NCBI GenBank assembly: GCA_051294905.1
Contig: CM119379.1
Span: 15,624,001-15,688,000, forward strand
DNA length: 64,000 nucleotides
From: Botryllus schlosseri
Lineage: Eukaryota
Direction of reading: 5' to 3'
Within the stretch, counting starts at the first letter, position 1, and every line of letters starts with the position of its first letter. The translations under genes were made by a program, and so were the position numbers. The notes beneath the pieces were generated by a model. It made no database searches. It saw only the letters and a program-made list of their open reading frames with translations, and had not been told where the DNA came from. Positions 50,501-62,623 of this stretch are shown here, piece by piece.

Positions 50501-53500
50501 AAACTTGCATAAATTCCAAAAAAAATACTCTATGATTTATGTTAATTCACGAAATAATTTTGACCCCCTTTCAAGCTCGGGGGGGGGGGGGGTTGGGGTG
50601 TGGCAATTTCGGTCCTGGATATGCACAAACCATCCACAGAAGATCGCGCCAAGCGTGAAAACAATATTTTTTGCAAGGAATTCAACAAATATTACTTACA
50701 TATTAGAAAATCGCTCTGGTGCGGTCCCGACCCAAATTCGTATACTTCGCGAACCATGTTTTGGTCCCAACCCATACTTAAGAACCCATCTTCTAAGAAT
50801 TACAAATTCATCACCCCAATTGGAACCGCAGATTTCACCGCAATATTTAGAATTGTAGACAGAAGATGCATCGCGCAGCCAACATATCGATCGAATGATG
50901 TCTTCTCAACATGTATACATGGACACTTGGAAAGTGGACACTTAGACAAGTAGTTATACTAACAAGAGAATAGTAAAGCGAGCCAGTGGCTTTGTGCCGT
51001 GTTTTATAATAGCGCAACATCGGATTAATTATGAAAAATAAATAGAGATGAAATTCAAGTCATTGTAAAGTTATGTAGGCTCATATTCATCTTGTAAAGC
51101 ATGAATAATTGAATATAAATAGCTACATGTCGATGTATATGGCGAGTTTCCTTGATGAATGTTGCCGTTTATTAAACGCCGCGTATGTCTTGGCTGAATG
51201 ATTCCACTGTCGAACCCGAGTCAAAGCGTTACATCACAGTGTCCCATATGGTGTGGACACAAGAAAATCTCACGGCTCAGTGCCATTGGTCTACGTAACA
51301 CTTTCCCATTGGCTAAAGGCAATTTGACAGAAATTTTGACCGGCTGCCGAGCAATAAATTTGATAAAATGGGGATCAGTCGAAAGCATCCGATGTACTGA
51401 TTGCGAAAATATAAATTTCATTCTGCTCGTGGTCCTGGAACCCCCAAAAATCAGCCCCGAATGTTGCATTGTAACGGAGTTTGGTATCGTGACGCAACCA
51501 TGCCGTCTGAGCAGCTCAGGAGCAAGTGCGCACGAGAGTGAGAGTATATGAATGCTCAATAGGTTGTGCATGTGAAACAATGGCCAATACGTTTGGGGTT
51601 TGCGCTGCTCCTCGCCTGCTCTCAGACGGCATGGTTGCGTCACAATACCAAACTCCGTTACAATGCAACATTCGAGGCTGATTTCGGGAGGTTCCAGGAC
51701 CAAGAGAAGAATAAAAGTTATATTTTCGCAATCAGCACCGCGGTAGCTTTCCATTGATACCAGTTTTTCAAATTTCGCGCTAGGCAAGCCGGTCAAAAAT
51801 TACAGTCAAATCGGCTTTAGCCAAATGGAAAGTGTGAAGTAGACTAATCACAGTGAGCCAGGAGATTTGCTTGTGTCCACACCGTACAGGATACTATATG
51901 GTTACATGCTTGAAATTGAAACGAGTATAGATATATGATTGTTTTTACGACACGTTCGAGTACCTCTGAAACTAACATATATGGATCTAATCATAGGCGC
52001 CGAGTTACGGGGTGGCGAGGTGGCGCAGCCACCCCATACAATAAGATTAAACGCCCGCCGTCGTCGATTTCGAATCATCAACGCTGTCAATTAGCGAGTC
52101 CGTGATAGCGCGTAAATGCAACTATTTACCATTAACTGTTACGCGCGCGAATAATTGAATACGCAGCTTTGTTGGCGACGACGAACGAGTGCTTAAAACG
52201 CCCCAATAAATTGTAATCCGTGATTAGTAATCAGACAATCGAAGCAACCTCGTTTACGACGTCAATTTCGACACGCTTGCGCTGACAAACACCATCTTCT
52301 CTCTCGACCAGGCGAGCGAATTCACGTTCTCCTTCTCTTAATTAAATTGTATTTGCGCTCATATTCGTTTACAAAATAATTCTTGAGTTAGTTCCGTGAT
52401 AGTCTGTTCAATTAGAGGCTTGGAGCGCGAAATAGGACTGTGTGTTTGTGTATGCCTGCGAATTGAAAGTCATTCCTGCGCAAAGTGAGCACATTCATTA
52501 CTGTACTCTAACAAGTCTTTGTCAACTTTTATCGGAAATGCAACAACGCAGCTGAAACGACGTTATAATGAGCAAACAATTGTCGCGATGTCAGACTTGG
52601 AACCCCATTGTGCTGTACGCAAGTTGAGGAATTACTGATTAGATGCGTGCTTTCGTTCGCTATCATCTGTAGGCTACTACGATAATTCTTGTCTGCTTTA
52701 TACACTCATATTCCCTCGATGTCACTTGTCAGTGGTTGATTTGTTATTAATACTGCACATTGTGCAGTGCACGGCGTTGAATTACGTTGTCAAAAAATGA
52801 TGCAACACGAGATTCTCGGTGGCGCAAATTCTGAATTTATTCGATTAGGTTGAACGGGAACCTTTTATGTTCAATAAACTTCATTGCAGTACGGACTCTA
52901 TCGAGCGCAACCATATCGCGGATCGAATTTCAAATCTTTGGAAAATGTATTTCTATTGATAAGGTCGCGGCATGCGCACTGCAATAACACTTGGATAATG
53001 AAAAATGCACCATTATACGATCAAATTCGACTTGCTGATCGGGACCTACGTAGGCCGTAGGCCCCAGGATGATATTAACTAGTGCGTTGTCGGCATAAAA
53101 ACCTCAGGTGCTTAGCCAGGGAGTTTCTCATTTATATCTAGAAATCCCGTCGATTTGAAATGCCAATTCACTAATTCGTATTGTCGATGCTGCGTACTGC
53201 AAATTGGCGAGGATCATTTGTATGCGAAATGGGTCATCGATATCTCCTGTGCACTGTCGTCAGTGGTTTGATTTAGCGCGTCCGCATGCAAGCCTGCTAC
53301 CGTCCGCAGAAACACATTCCACTAACAGTAACAATCTTTGAGTGTAATATTGTTTGTGTTTATATATCTTTTTTGATGAAAACTTATGCGCGCGTCTGAA
53401 CAAATTGTGCTCGTTGCCATTTGCCGAATCTGGGTATTTATGTATGACTAGCGCACCCTGTAATTGTAATTATTGCTGGTTTGCGGCATGTCTGCCATTT

Positions 53501-56500
53501 CGTTATCAGCGCAACTTTGCAGGCCGATTGTACAGTCCGATAAAATTGTCCACAACTATGTATTTCGCACAGCATACTGATGCTGATTTCAGCAAACTAA
53601 CGATCCTTATTAGATGTACAAATACGACCTCATCATTAGATACTTAGATTTCATCGCGCGCTCTGAGAAACACCATCTCCTATCGCGATTTGACGACCAA
53701 ATATACGTCCAGTCCACCTTCTACAAATTAAAGTGCATTATTTGCATCGATGAGAGCCGCAAGCCGGGTTTAAAATATTTTATTTTGTGAACCATTTTTG
53801 TGATAAATATTCTCGGAGTTGAACAGTGTTTTGTTGTGTGTGCCTGCTAGTTGAAATTTATTCCAGTGCCCATAATATTAATCCAATTATGCTTTGCGAA
53901 CGTAAATCGGGAAATGCAGCAATGCTGTCAAAATCGATGTTTTCATCAGCTACCAATTGTCGCGATGCGAGCTACTCAATACCAAGTAAAAACCCATTGT
54001 GTTGGCGGTAACGGATATTACTGATTGGCCGCGCGCGTTCGTAATCATAATCTTGTCTGTCTTTCGTTTTCCAGAATTGTCGCGATGTGTTACTGCTCAG
54101 TTCAGCAACGAATGCCTAATGCGCGGCAATCAATGACCTAATTTCGCAACATCTCAGCGGGAGATCGCGTTGCATTGTGCGATGCGATATGCGTACACAG
54201 ACGAGTCTCGCTAATTGGTCGCGGCCCGCGTAGCACTGATAGTACGACTTGTTGAATTGCAACTGAATATTAGCGTCAGAATGGTCGTTTCAAAAGGACG
54301 GGGTTTTGCGTTTCAGAAGGAGGGGGTTTCGACACCCCCTGGCTACGCGCCTGCCGCCACCCCATGCAAAAATAAAAGTCGGGGCCTATATGGATCTAAT
54401 CCCAACACCATATGCTACAATTCTTGTACTAGAATTACCTGATGCGCCAATTTCATTTCCACCAAATTGTGAGAACAAGACGACGTTATCAGTAAAGCTG
54501 CGATTAGACCCCTCATGATCAATATACGTAACATCTACTTCCAATATTGTCTTGCCCAAAGATTCCTGAAAATTGGGGGCGTTATGTTTGTAATTTATCA
54601 ATTCGACCGAACGGACTCACGTCAAATTTCTCAGCATCCAAGAGTATTTGCATTGGAATATGTTTAGCAACCATATCAGGAATGCTATGGATGAAGTATG
54701 TCAAAGACGTCGACCCGGAATCCTAAAAAATATCAGCCTCGACATTTTAGCGTCAACAGCATTTTAAGCGGCTATTGAACGGTTACCTGCAGATGGGTCC
54801 GGGAAACACTATCTTCGTTGAAAGTAGTCCCTTCAAGACTCCGTATCTCAATCCTAATGTCTGTGATGTGTGTCTCGTCCCTATAATATCATCGAATGAG
54901 CCAAGCAAAGACATTGTCACCATGCCGATGCCGCAGAAAGGGCAAGTGGCGGTCTTCTTTCTCTTATATTTTGAACTTTCATCAATGTGACGTCATTGTC
55001 GTTGGTGTGGTCATAGGTTTGAAACTTGTAGCAAATTATAGTTCGTGGTAAAGAAGGCCCACAATGGCGATACGCATCACTATAATATACAACCAGATGT
55101 GGTCAAAGCTGTCAAGAAAGCTACTCAAGTAGAAGTAGAAGTAGCGGCGCAAAATCTACTACAGCACGACTAGAAGTAGTGCCTTTAAAAGTAACCTAAA
55201 ACTACTTCAAGCAGAAGTATGATTGGCTTGCTTTAAATCTATTCAAGAAAGTAAACTGTGGTGGAAAGCAGTCATAGATGCACTCTCAAGGAATTTCGAA
55301 AACTGGAATCTGAGAGGAAGGTGCATAGAGCAGGAAAGAGGACATTTAGGCATCCTCTGAGGACACTTTCAAAAAAGTCAAAAAAGAGGACAAATCCTCT
55401 TAAAAGAGGACGTATGGTAACCCTAATTAAACCCACTAAGGACTAAGCCATCGTATCGCACGAAATGGTGCCGTAAATCACATAGTGACATAAAATTTCA
55501 GAAGAATTCCTAAATAATGAGGATGACAATATTGGAAGACTATATATTCAAATTATACGCATTGTACCTAGAAAGGATGCATTTGTACAGTGTCAACGGC
55601 CAATGACTGATACAGCTTACGTTTGTATTGATATTATTCAACGGTACGACAGGTCACACATGAAAGTAAAGATGCGAGCTATTGTTCCATAGAAAAATAT
55701 GACTGAATCTGCGGCCATTGACTGATACAGTGATACAGCTTACGTTTGTATTGATATTATTCAACGGTTCGACAGGTTACGCGTGAAAGTAAAGATTCGA
55801 GCTATTGTTCCAAAGAAAATATGACTGAATGCTGAATCTGCTCCTGATGTGTCAGGTACTGGGATATTTGACAGTACAAACATTTGTGAGTCTAATGTAG
55901 CATTGTTGCCCGTAGAAAGTAATTTTTAGCGATGGGAACGCTGGCATAATGTAAACGTGTTGCAGATGCAAGTCTGCAAGCGTCAAAATTCTTGACAAGG
56001 CTGTTTATTTCCATCCAAACAGGGTGGGATACCATAACTTACCGAAACTGCGGCCGTCTGTGCCGTAGGTTCGTAGTTAGGTAATTGGCCTGGTACAATT
56101 GAAAATTGGTATCATGCTCATATTCAGCATATAGAGTTGCAACACCATAACCGTGTATATTTATTGTTCTCAACCAAAAAACGGAAATACATGCGGAAAT
56201 CGTGAAATTGCTTGTAACTATAGCCAGAATTTTTCCATGGCGTGACTCGAGTAAGATTCGAATTAAATTTTTGAGTGACTTTACTTCATTCGAGTCAATA
56301 CTCTAAAACTGATTTGACCTGACTCGGAGTCGGCGTAAATGAGAAATATAAAATGGCTCGTGAGACAGAGTCAAATTTTCGAGTCTGAAAAGGGACTGCG
56401 TCATCCAATACCAGTGGTAGTCAGTAACGAAGTACTTCCAAGTTTTGAAGTACTCGAGTAGGTTTTTGTCTACTTTTACTCCTTACTCAAGTGCTACTGA

Positions 56501-59500
56501 TTTTAGAGAACTCCACAGTTCACAGTAAGTGCTTCAACTTGAGAGGAGATTTTCGTCATTATTTCTATACTTCATACTTTTAAAATCCTAATTGGAAAAG
56601 GTACGTAGGTCTGCCTCAAATCTCTTCAAGCAGAATCAGAAGTAGTGTAAAAACATTACCACATGAGTACGAAACGAAAGTAGGGAGAGCCTACTTTGAG
56701 TGTTCTGGAAAAGTAGAAGTAGAATATGTCATTACTGACCAGTGACCACCACTATATTTATGTGCATGTATTGTATAGGCCTAATCAATAAACATATATA
56801 TATACACAAATTATTTAACAGACTCCTCAAAATCTGCCTGTTTATTCATCATTTACCGCAACAGTACGGGCATCAGCATATCCGCTTCGAACTCATGACT
56901 ACGGTTCAGCCAATAGAATGCTTCATTGCCCAGGTTGGCCGCCAGCTAAATAACGAAAAGTAGAGAGAGATCAATATTGGGGGCTGAAAATATTGATCAA
57001 AAAACAACTTCAATAGAACAATTAAATAATAAATACTGACATGTAACATTTTCGAATTCGGCTTATTAGCAATTTTTTATCAGTTCAATACACCACAAAA
57101 ATGCGATACAATGAAAAGATAGGAAGGTGTCGAAGCGACTTGGAGTAGTCTTTGGAATCAGACACCCACTTTGGCCTAGGCGATGTAAAGAGGAGGCATG
57201 CACACTGAATGAAAAGTAAAAGAAGAAAGTATAATAAAAAGCAAGCGACAAAAAATGGGGCGGCAAGTTGTCGCATCGTAGCCATGTAATTTACAAAAGC
57301 AAATCCCGATATCACAAAACGTTTCTTGCATTGGCGTTTCAAGGATAAATCTTATGAATCATATGCACTAACAGTGTCTAGGACTGCCTTTAAAACAAAT
57401 ATGTATTAATTGGAACATGTTTAAAACGTAATCCCTTAAAAGATGCTCTTATTGACCCCACGATTTTTCAACTGTGACGTCACCGTGGACTAACATTGTT
57501 ATATGTTTCCATAATAAGTACAATTGAATAATAATTACAGTAATAAATACAATTGAAAATATAGGGTCAATAATATGGCTCCTTTGACGAAAAACGTTTC
57601 CGTGCCGTCTTGCACCGACCAATAAATATCTTTGACCTGGACTACTTCGTCATGCAGTAATTTTACGGTCGGCGTATCATCATAATATATCTATACCATT
57701 AGAGTGATATATAACTATAGTAACTACGTACTATAACTGTTTAAGTGTTTTAAAATATCACTTATTTTAAATGCAACCCTAGCAGTCACTCCCAAAACGG
57801 GTCCTGCGTTCCTTTTAGAACCCACGAATAGTTTGGGAGCACAAATCACCTTGAAAAAAGCCCTGAACTTTGAGACCCAAAATTCGACGTTGTACACCAG
57901 GACCACACAAATGGTGGACCGCGGTCCGAATTCGAACCTTTTCCATGTTGAATGCGGACCTTATCTGTTTCAGTAGGCTATATACACCAAAGAAGGTTTG
58001 GTCAACAGTAGGATACCCAAAATAATTTCCGTGCTCTTTTCAAATTAGTGGTGCAAATTATCATAGGGCCATACAACTATATACATATAGGGTCAACTAT
58101 ACGGCCAACTTCAATTCAAATCACATTTACCTCTTTTAGCAGATAAGGGTCGTCCTCGCCTATGGTGAAAGCCGACAAGGGCGTCATTTTTGCAAAGTCT
58201 TTTTGAGCTTCACGGTAATTTTGTACCAGTACTGCTGGATCGGTTTCTCCTTCATTTGCAACTCCGTCGGTAAATACAATTATAATATCTCTTGAGTTGG
58301 TCATGGTATTTCTTGGAGTGAAAAAACGGGTTTACGTGAATGATGCGCTAGTGAGAAGTCACGTGACAGTGAACAGAAATAAATGTATATATCGGTCGAT
58401 GTTAAATATCTGTAATAACATAAGTATACATTATAATGTAAAAATATACGTACGTTTGAAGAACATTCAGAGCTTCCAAGAGACCTATTTCGATGTTCGT
58501 GTAGCCTCTGGTTTCTATTTGTTCAACAACTTTTTCGACGTGTTTCTTTACATAAACATTAAACATGATGTGATTACAATTACGAAAATGCGGTAGTGCA
58601 CACGCACATAATAGTATCTACAACCGCCTTATATCTTCATTACTTTTTATCGTGTATCGCAGGGGTTCTCAACTTCCCTCGTATAACGGGCCGCATTTTC
58701 ACACTGAAAGACGCTGCGGGCCGCAGAACATTATCACCATGTATTTGTGGGCTACTATTGAATTTAGGCCTATTGATCAGTATTATTCGGGCATTTAGTA
58801 CATTTTTATGCATTCTAAAGCATTAATGGAGAGCGTTCGTAAGTTTGCAGTTGCTGGTTTTTTGTGAGAACAACGATCTTCATGGAGCGTACATTCCATT
58901 CGTTGCCATGTCGGTATAGTATATGCACCCTTCAAACCCTTCCATCATCAGAGAACCGAACTCTCTGTTTCAATGCGTGAGCGAGCAAGTATAAAATTAC
59001 GGTGACTTTTTCGGTACTGAGGTAGGCTTACCATACGTCCTCTTTTAAGAGGATTTGTCCTCTTTTTTGACTTATTTGAAAGTGTCCTCGGAGGACGCCC
59101 TTTTGTCCTCTTTTCTGAGATTTTGTCCTCTTTTTTGAAAATTCAGGTCAGATTTAGAGGAAATTGCGAGTGATATGCCGCAAATTAGCGCAGAAGTGAA
59201 GCTCCGGCGGGTATTTCGGAGGGAAAAGTGGTGATTTCAGCTCTGAGCGAAAAGAAGACCTTTTTTTTTTTTTTTTCAGTCATCCACCTAGCAATGTGGA
59301 GTGAAAAACGTGTTTTTGAGCTCTGAGCGGAAGTGATGACCTTTTTTTTAGTCAACCGATCATGAAGCGGGTGAAATTTACCTGTTTTTGAGAATTCTTC
59401 TCCAGTTTTGCTTGTCTGAAATTTCTGAAAAAGTGTCCTCTTTTTTCATTTCCGAAATATGGTAAGCCTAACTGAGGTCATTATCACTTTGAGCTCTCAG

Positions 59501-61189
59501 TTAAATGAGAAGAATTGAGACGTTAGGGGTAATTTCTGAGCAAATCAATCAACCCTTCTCCTTTCCTTCCATTGCTGGAGCCCTACACTAATAGTTACAG
59601 AAGTCAGCTTTGTCAAATTGATGTCCTGGTCCCCTTCCCACGTTTGTCCTGTCAGCATTTCCTCTGAAAATATGCCCATGCCCACTCTGATATAAAGCAC
59701 CTGGAAAATTAGCTATGCAATGTGTGTGCAGTAGTGCACTGTGCACTGTGTGCATCGATGGATAGGTCCAATGCCAGGCTAAAGTAGTCTACGTGGCAAC
59801 GTGTTACAGAACATGCGATAAAAGATCGACTGATATCGCTGTTACTCTTCTGGTGACTGTTGAATCAGACAACTGTAGCTTCGAAATTTGTCAGGTGATG
59901 TATGACTTGCTGCTAAGTTCCGGAAACAGCGAATATTTACTCAGTAGCCTACGTTAAAGTTTTATTGAAGTCATGCCTTCTCTAGCAGATTCTTGGGTTT
60001 AGCGATATTCCAAGCAATTTTGAACAATGCGCCTGTCACGTCGTCGGCAATTTTAAAAATGATTCGAAATATGGATTGCTGGACTTGAAACCAAGCTAGC
60101 AACGTTTGATATGTATAACTCCAGATGAAACTATCGTGCTATCATTTCAAGCTTCTGGGCTTTGTTATAACAACTGTTCTTCGACAAATGTGACACATCG
60201 GTCTTCCATAACAATACGGGACCAGTAGTGATTATATTGAAAGACGTCGCGGGCCGCAAAAGAATCGTCTGCGGGCCGCATGCGGCCCGCGGGCCGCGGG
60301 TTGAGAACCCCTGGGTATCGCATTGTGCATTATGCATTATTCTGTAGACAGAATAATGATAAATGATGATAAAAATACTGGTATCGTTGGTAAATGCGAC
60401 GTCAAAATCAAATGCATTATAGTTACGTCCTTATAATTATATTACCAATGCAAGCTTTTTTCCACATTAGGAATCAGAGTAAAGGCAACTTCAGCGTATG
60501 GGCTGTAAAGTTACGTTATGATACAGCAACAACAACAACCAACCAACCAACCAACCAACCCCACCTTCCCTTTCTTGTCCATTGACATCAAGGGCACGTC
60601 CAGTTGAACATCACTTGCAAAAGTTACGATAGCAAGAGAGTCCTTTTCAGAAATATGATTGGTGACAAGTTTCGCAAATACCTGAAATAGGGACATAATA
60701 TGTGCCTTATGGCTACTACAGGGATATCTAGAACTTCTAGATATCCATGGGCCACTATACTCGACGACCGCACATCAGATGCGTAACCAGGTTGAAAATC
60801 AGGGAAATATGAAAATAATAGAGGAAGCGAACATGAAAATGACATATGGGGTTGTAGATCCAGTGCTAAAACAAAATAGGCCTATACAATGTACTATAGT
60901 CGAAGATTGATTAGTAAAAACAGGCTAAACAGGCGCATTCAGCTGTCTGACTACGTCAGGAGTATAGTCACGGGATAATGTTTTAGTTCAGAAAATATTG
61001 ATTTTCTTACTGCACACCTGTCGTCTTCAGACAATATACCTTAACTCGGTCAAGCAATGTTTCTGTTTCCTCTTCCACAACTCGTAGATCCATGCTACCA
61101 CTGACATCAATGACCAGAACAAATCGTGTCGGGATTAAAGTGGTATTTCGGAACTTTTTCGCGGACATCTCCATGACAACATCAACGGT
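44554..61189 (-). CDS. Uncharacterised vWA-domain protein with C-terminal BRCT domain (at least 15 exons, at least 616 aa; 5' end unresolved)
   Basis: Phase-compatible exons: 61040-61189, 60565-60681, 58454-58545, 58131-58311, 56857-56945, 54787-54880, 54621-54722, 54439-54565, 48864-49017, 48573-48755, 46466-46607, 45387-45433, 45200-45309, 44751-44890, 44554-44676 (1851 nt including stop). vWA MIDAS residues: FVLVIDVSGSM, GYTNIEIGL, IIIVFTDG. BRCT pattern: VFEGKTFVLS...IADVIVRCGGAI...TYLICA...QAMQVQIPILTKKFVFQSL. The 49017 acceptor and the 46466 donor are the weakest junctions. Confidence 0.8.
45608..46021. mobile_element. hAT-type (Charlie/Buster-like) MITE
   Basis: TIR CAGTGGTTCCCAAC/GTTGGGCACCACTG, perfect TSD GTCTAGAA. 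Confidence 0.88.
49920..50617. mobile_element. About 700-bp hAT-type MITE with internal dimeric structure; further copies at 29345-30019, about 26019-26650 and about 15020-16102
   Basis: Termini C(A/C)GG(A/G)CCGT(A/G)AC...GTTACGGTCCTG-like, perfect TSD GATATGCA at this copy. ACAGCACTTCGTCAGCCCCCC occurs twice in the 29345 and 26019 copies. Confidence 0.85.
51235..51900. mobile_element. Foldback palindromic element, about 660 bp; a single arm of the same family at about 40330-40568
   Basis: Inverted arms at about 51237-51510 and 51610-51896. GTTACAT flanks both ends. Confidence 0.75.
55597..55835. repeat. Two-copy tandem duplication, about 115-122-bp unit
   Basis: GATACAGCTTACGTTTGTATTGATATTATTCAACGGT...GAGCTATTGTTCCA...AAATATGACTGAAT is repeated with few substitutions. 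Confidence 0.85.
57060..57300 (-). mobile_element. CR1/L2-group LINE 3'UTR copy; shorter fragments of the family at about 225-455(-), 1376-1535(+), 5385-5550(+) and 28145-28297(-)
   Basis: Shares the block CCTAGGCCAA(A/G)GTGGGTGTCTGATTCCA...TCGACACCTTCCT...GTATTGAACTGATAAAAATTGCTAATAA. Confidence 0.8.
58660..60313. mobile_element. hAT-type element bounded by CAGGGGTTCTCAAC TIRs, with a nested MITE and unique filler
   Basis: Matching TIRs and near-duplicated flanks (TGTATCGC/GGTATCGC). No vWA-BRCT exon is needed from inside it. Confidence 0.6.
59023..59470. mobile_element. MITE with TAGG(G/C)TTACCA termini and GTCCTC/GAGGAC repeats; other copies at about 40597-41905, 47087-47400 and 55320-55425
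   Basis: Termini TAGGCTTACCATA/TATGGTAAGCCTA, flanking duplication ACTGAGG(T). It is nested in the 58660-60313 element. Confidence 0.8.
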
Positions 61190-62433
61190 CTGAATGGAAA
61201 ACACTTATGATTACAGCATAAAGGTATTATTTCTAAACTAGGTCCCCACATTTTCAGCAACACTGACGACTGTATTACCTCCCCATTTTCGAACAGAATC
61301 CCTTCCCACGTATTTGGGGTTTATCTAGGCTCCTTCCCGCCATCTGACTCTCATATAAGCGGTGTCTTAAAAATCCTAGAAGTGGGGTCAGTATCAGTAG
61401 ATACGGAATCAAAAAAGAGTATCGGCCCGGAGTAAATTGCTGACCAGTGACCAGTCGAACAAGAATACAACACCATGAAAACCAGAAATAGCCACAACCC
61501 CACTTTTCGTGCCATGCTTGTAAAAGTCAGTGTACCTAATGCACTAATTCAACTTTATCAAACATCATAAGGCTGTCACGCATTGCCGCCACGAAATTTT
61601 CTTCATTCAATCGATGAAAGGTTGTATTTACTCGTGGGATTATTTCTGCCGCCGTGCGTTTGCTGATTTCTGCTCTAATTCAGGTGGTTCTCAAACTGAG
61701 TGGTGCGCCCCACTCGGGAGGCGTGAAGGCATCTGAAGGGGCGCGAAGCCGCCCGAGAGAAATGAAGTTTCTTGAACTCGGAATGAGTTTAATTTATAAT
61801 GAAAATTCCAAGATTCAACAATGACAATAATCCTAATTATATCATTATATTAATTATATTCAATGTATATAGTTCCATCGTACCATCCAAACACCGATGC
61901 TGAAGGATTGTGACTGATACTATAGAACTTGAACCGATCAGAAGTTGTCTCTGCATCAGGAGTAACTGAAGAATTCGTGTGGGGTAGATGTTATATCGGA
62001 TGCTTTTATGGTCTGTGTGTCAAGCATCTGTGCAGAGTGCACAGAAAGACTTAAAGTTATGGAGACGTAAGATATTTCCTTGTAAGGTCATGTCATATGG
62101 GATCTAAGAAGCAAGGAGTTGAATCGTAGAGGCTTAAAACGTCGAATTATAGCGATTACCAGTAGCCTATATACTGAATCATGACACCGATCGAATTATT
62201 ATCTTGCCGAAGACCTGAGAAAAATTGTTTGTCCCATGCAGAAATGCCAATTTTGAACTAAGCCTACTGTCCGCGCCTTTGATTTAGCTTATGGTCATGT
62301 ACGTTTGAGCCAAGCCCAAGCCATGACATCGAAGGTATTATAGACACCCTAATCGCTAAAATATATATATGCTACGTGCTACCATTGCACCAATTATTCA
62401 ACTGAAATTTTGTTCGTGCTCCGCGAGATTTAC

Positions 62434-62623
62434 CTCCGGCTCTTAATTACTGCTCTGTGTATAGTCCGAATTTCATATTTCAGAGTTGTTTCAACAGTCA
62501 TAACCTTATGTGCCCTCAAACTATGCGTTGGGATTGGACACTTTCTGGTTGCTCTTTTTAATATTTCTTTGATTTTACGATAAAGGGGTGCAAAAATTTT
62601 CACTATCATCGAGAGGGGCATGT
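62434..62623 (-). CDS. Probable upstream exon of the vWA-BRCT gene
   Basis: Open frame (DMPLSMIVKIFAPLYRKIKEILK...LKYEIRTIHRAVIKSR) between a good acceptor (TTTTCAG) and donor (AG|GTAAAT). It ends in phase 2 while the next exon starts in phase 0, so it needs an alternative donor (GCA|GTAATT) or an unseen micro-exon. Confidence 0.45.

Noticed and set aside
51198-51796. Two overlapping long ORFs (117 and 191 aa) on opposite strands
   Set aside because: They are a by-product of the foldback palindrome, with no domain motifs or splice support.
56043-56180. Exon-like segment with a strong donor (TCG|GTAAGT) inside the vWA-BRCT gene
   Set aside because: It does not fit the phase 2/phase 2 junction between exons 56857 and 54880, and the protein is complete without it.
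61632-61674. 43-nt micro-exon that would fix the phase between 62434 and 61189
   Set aside because: The acceptor has no polypyrimidine tract and abuts a MITE end. It is possible but unsupported.
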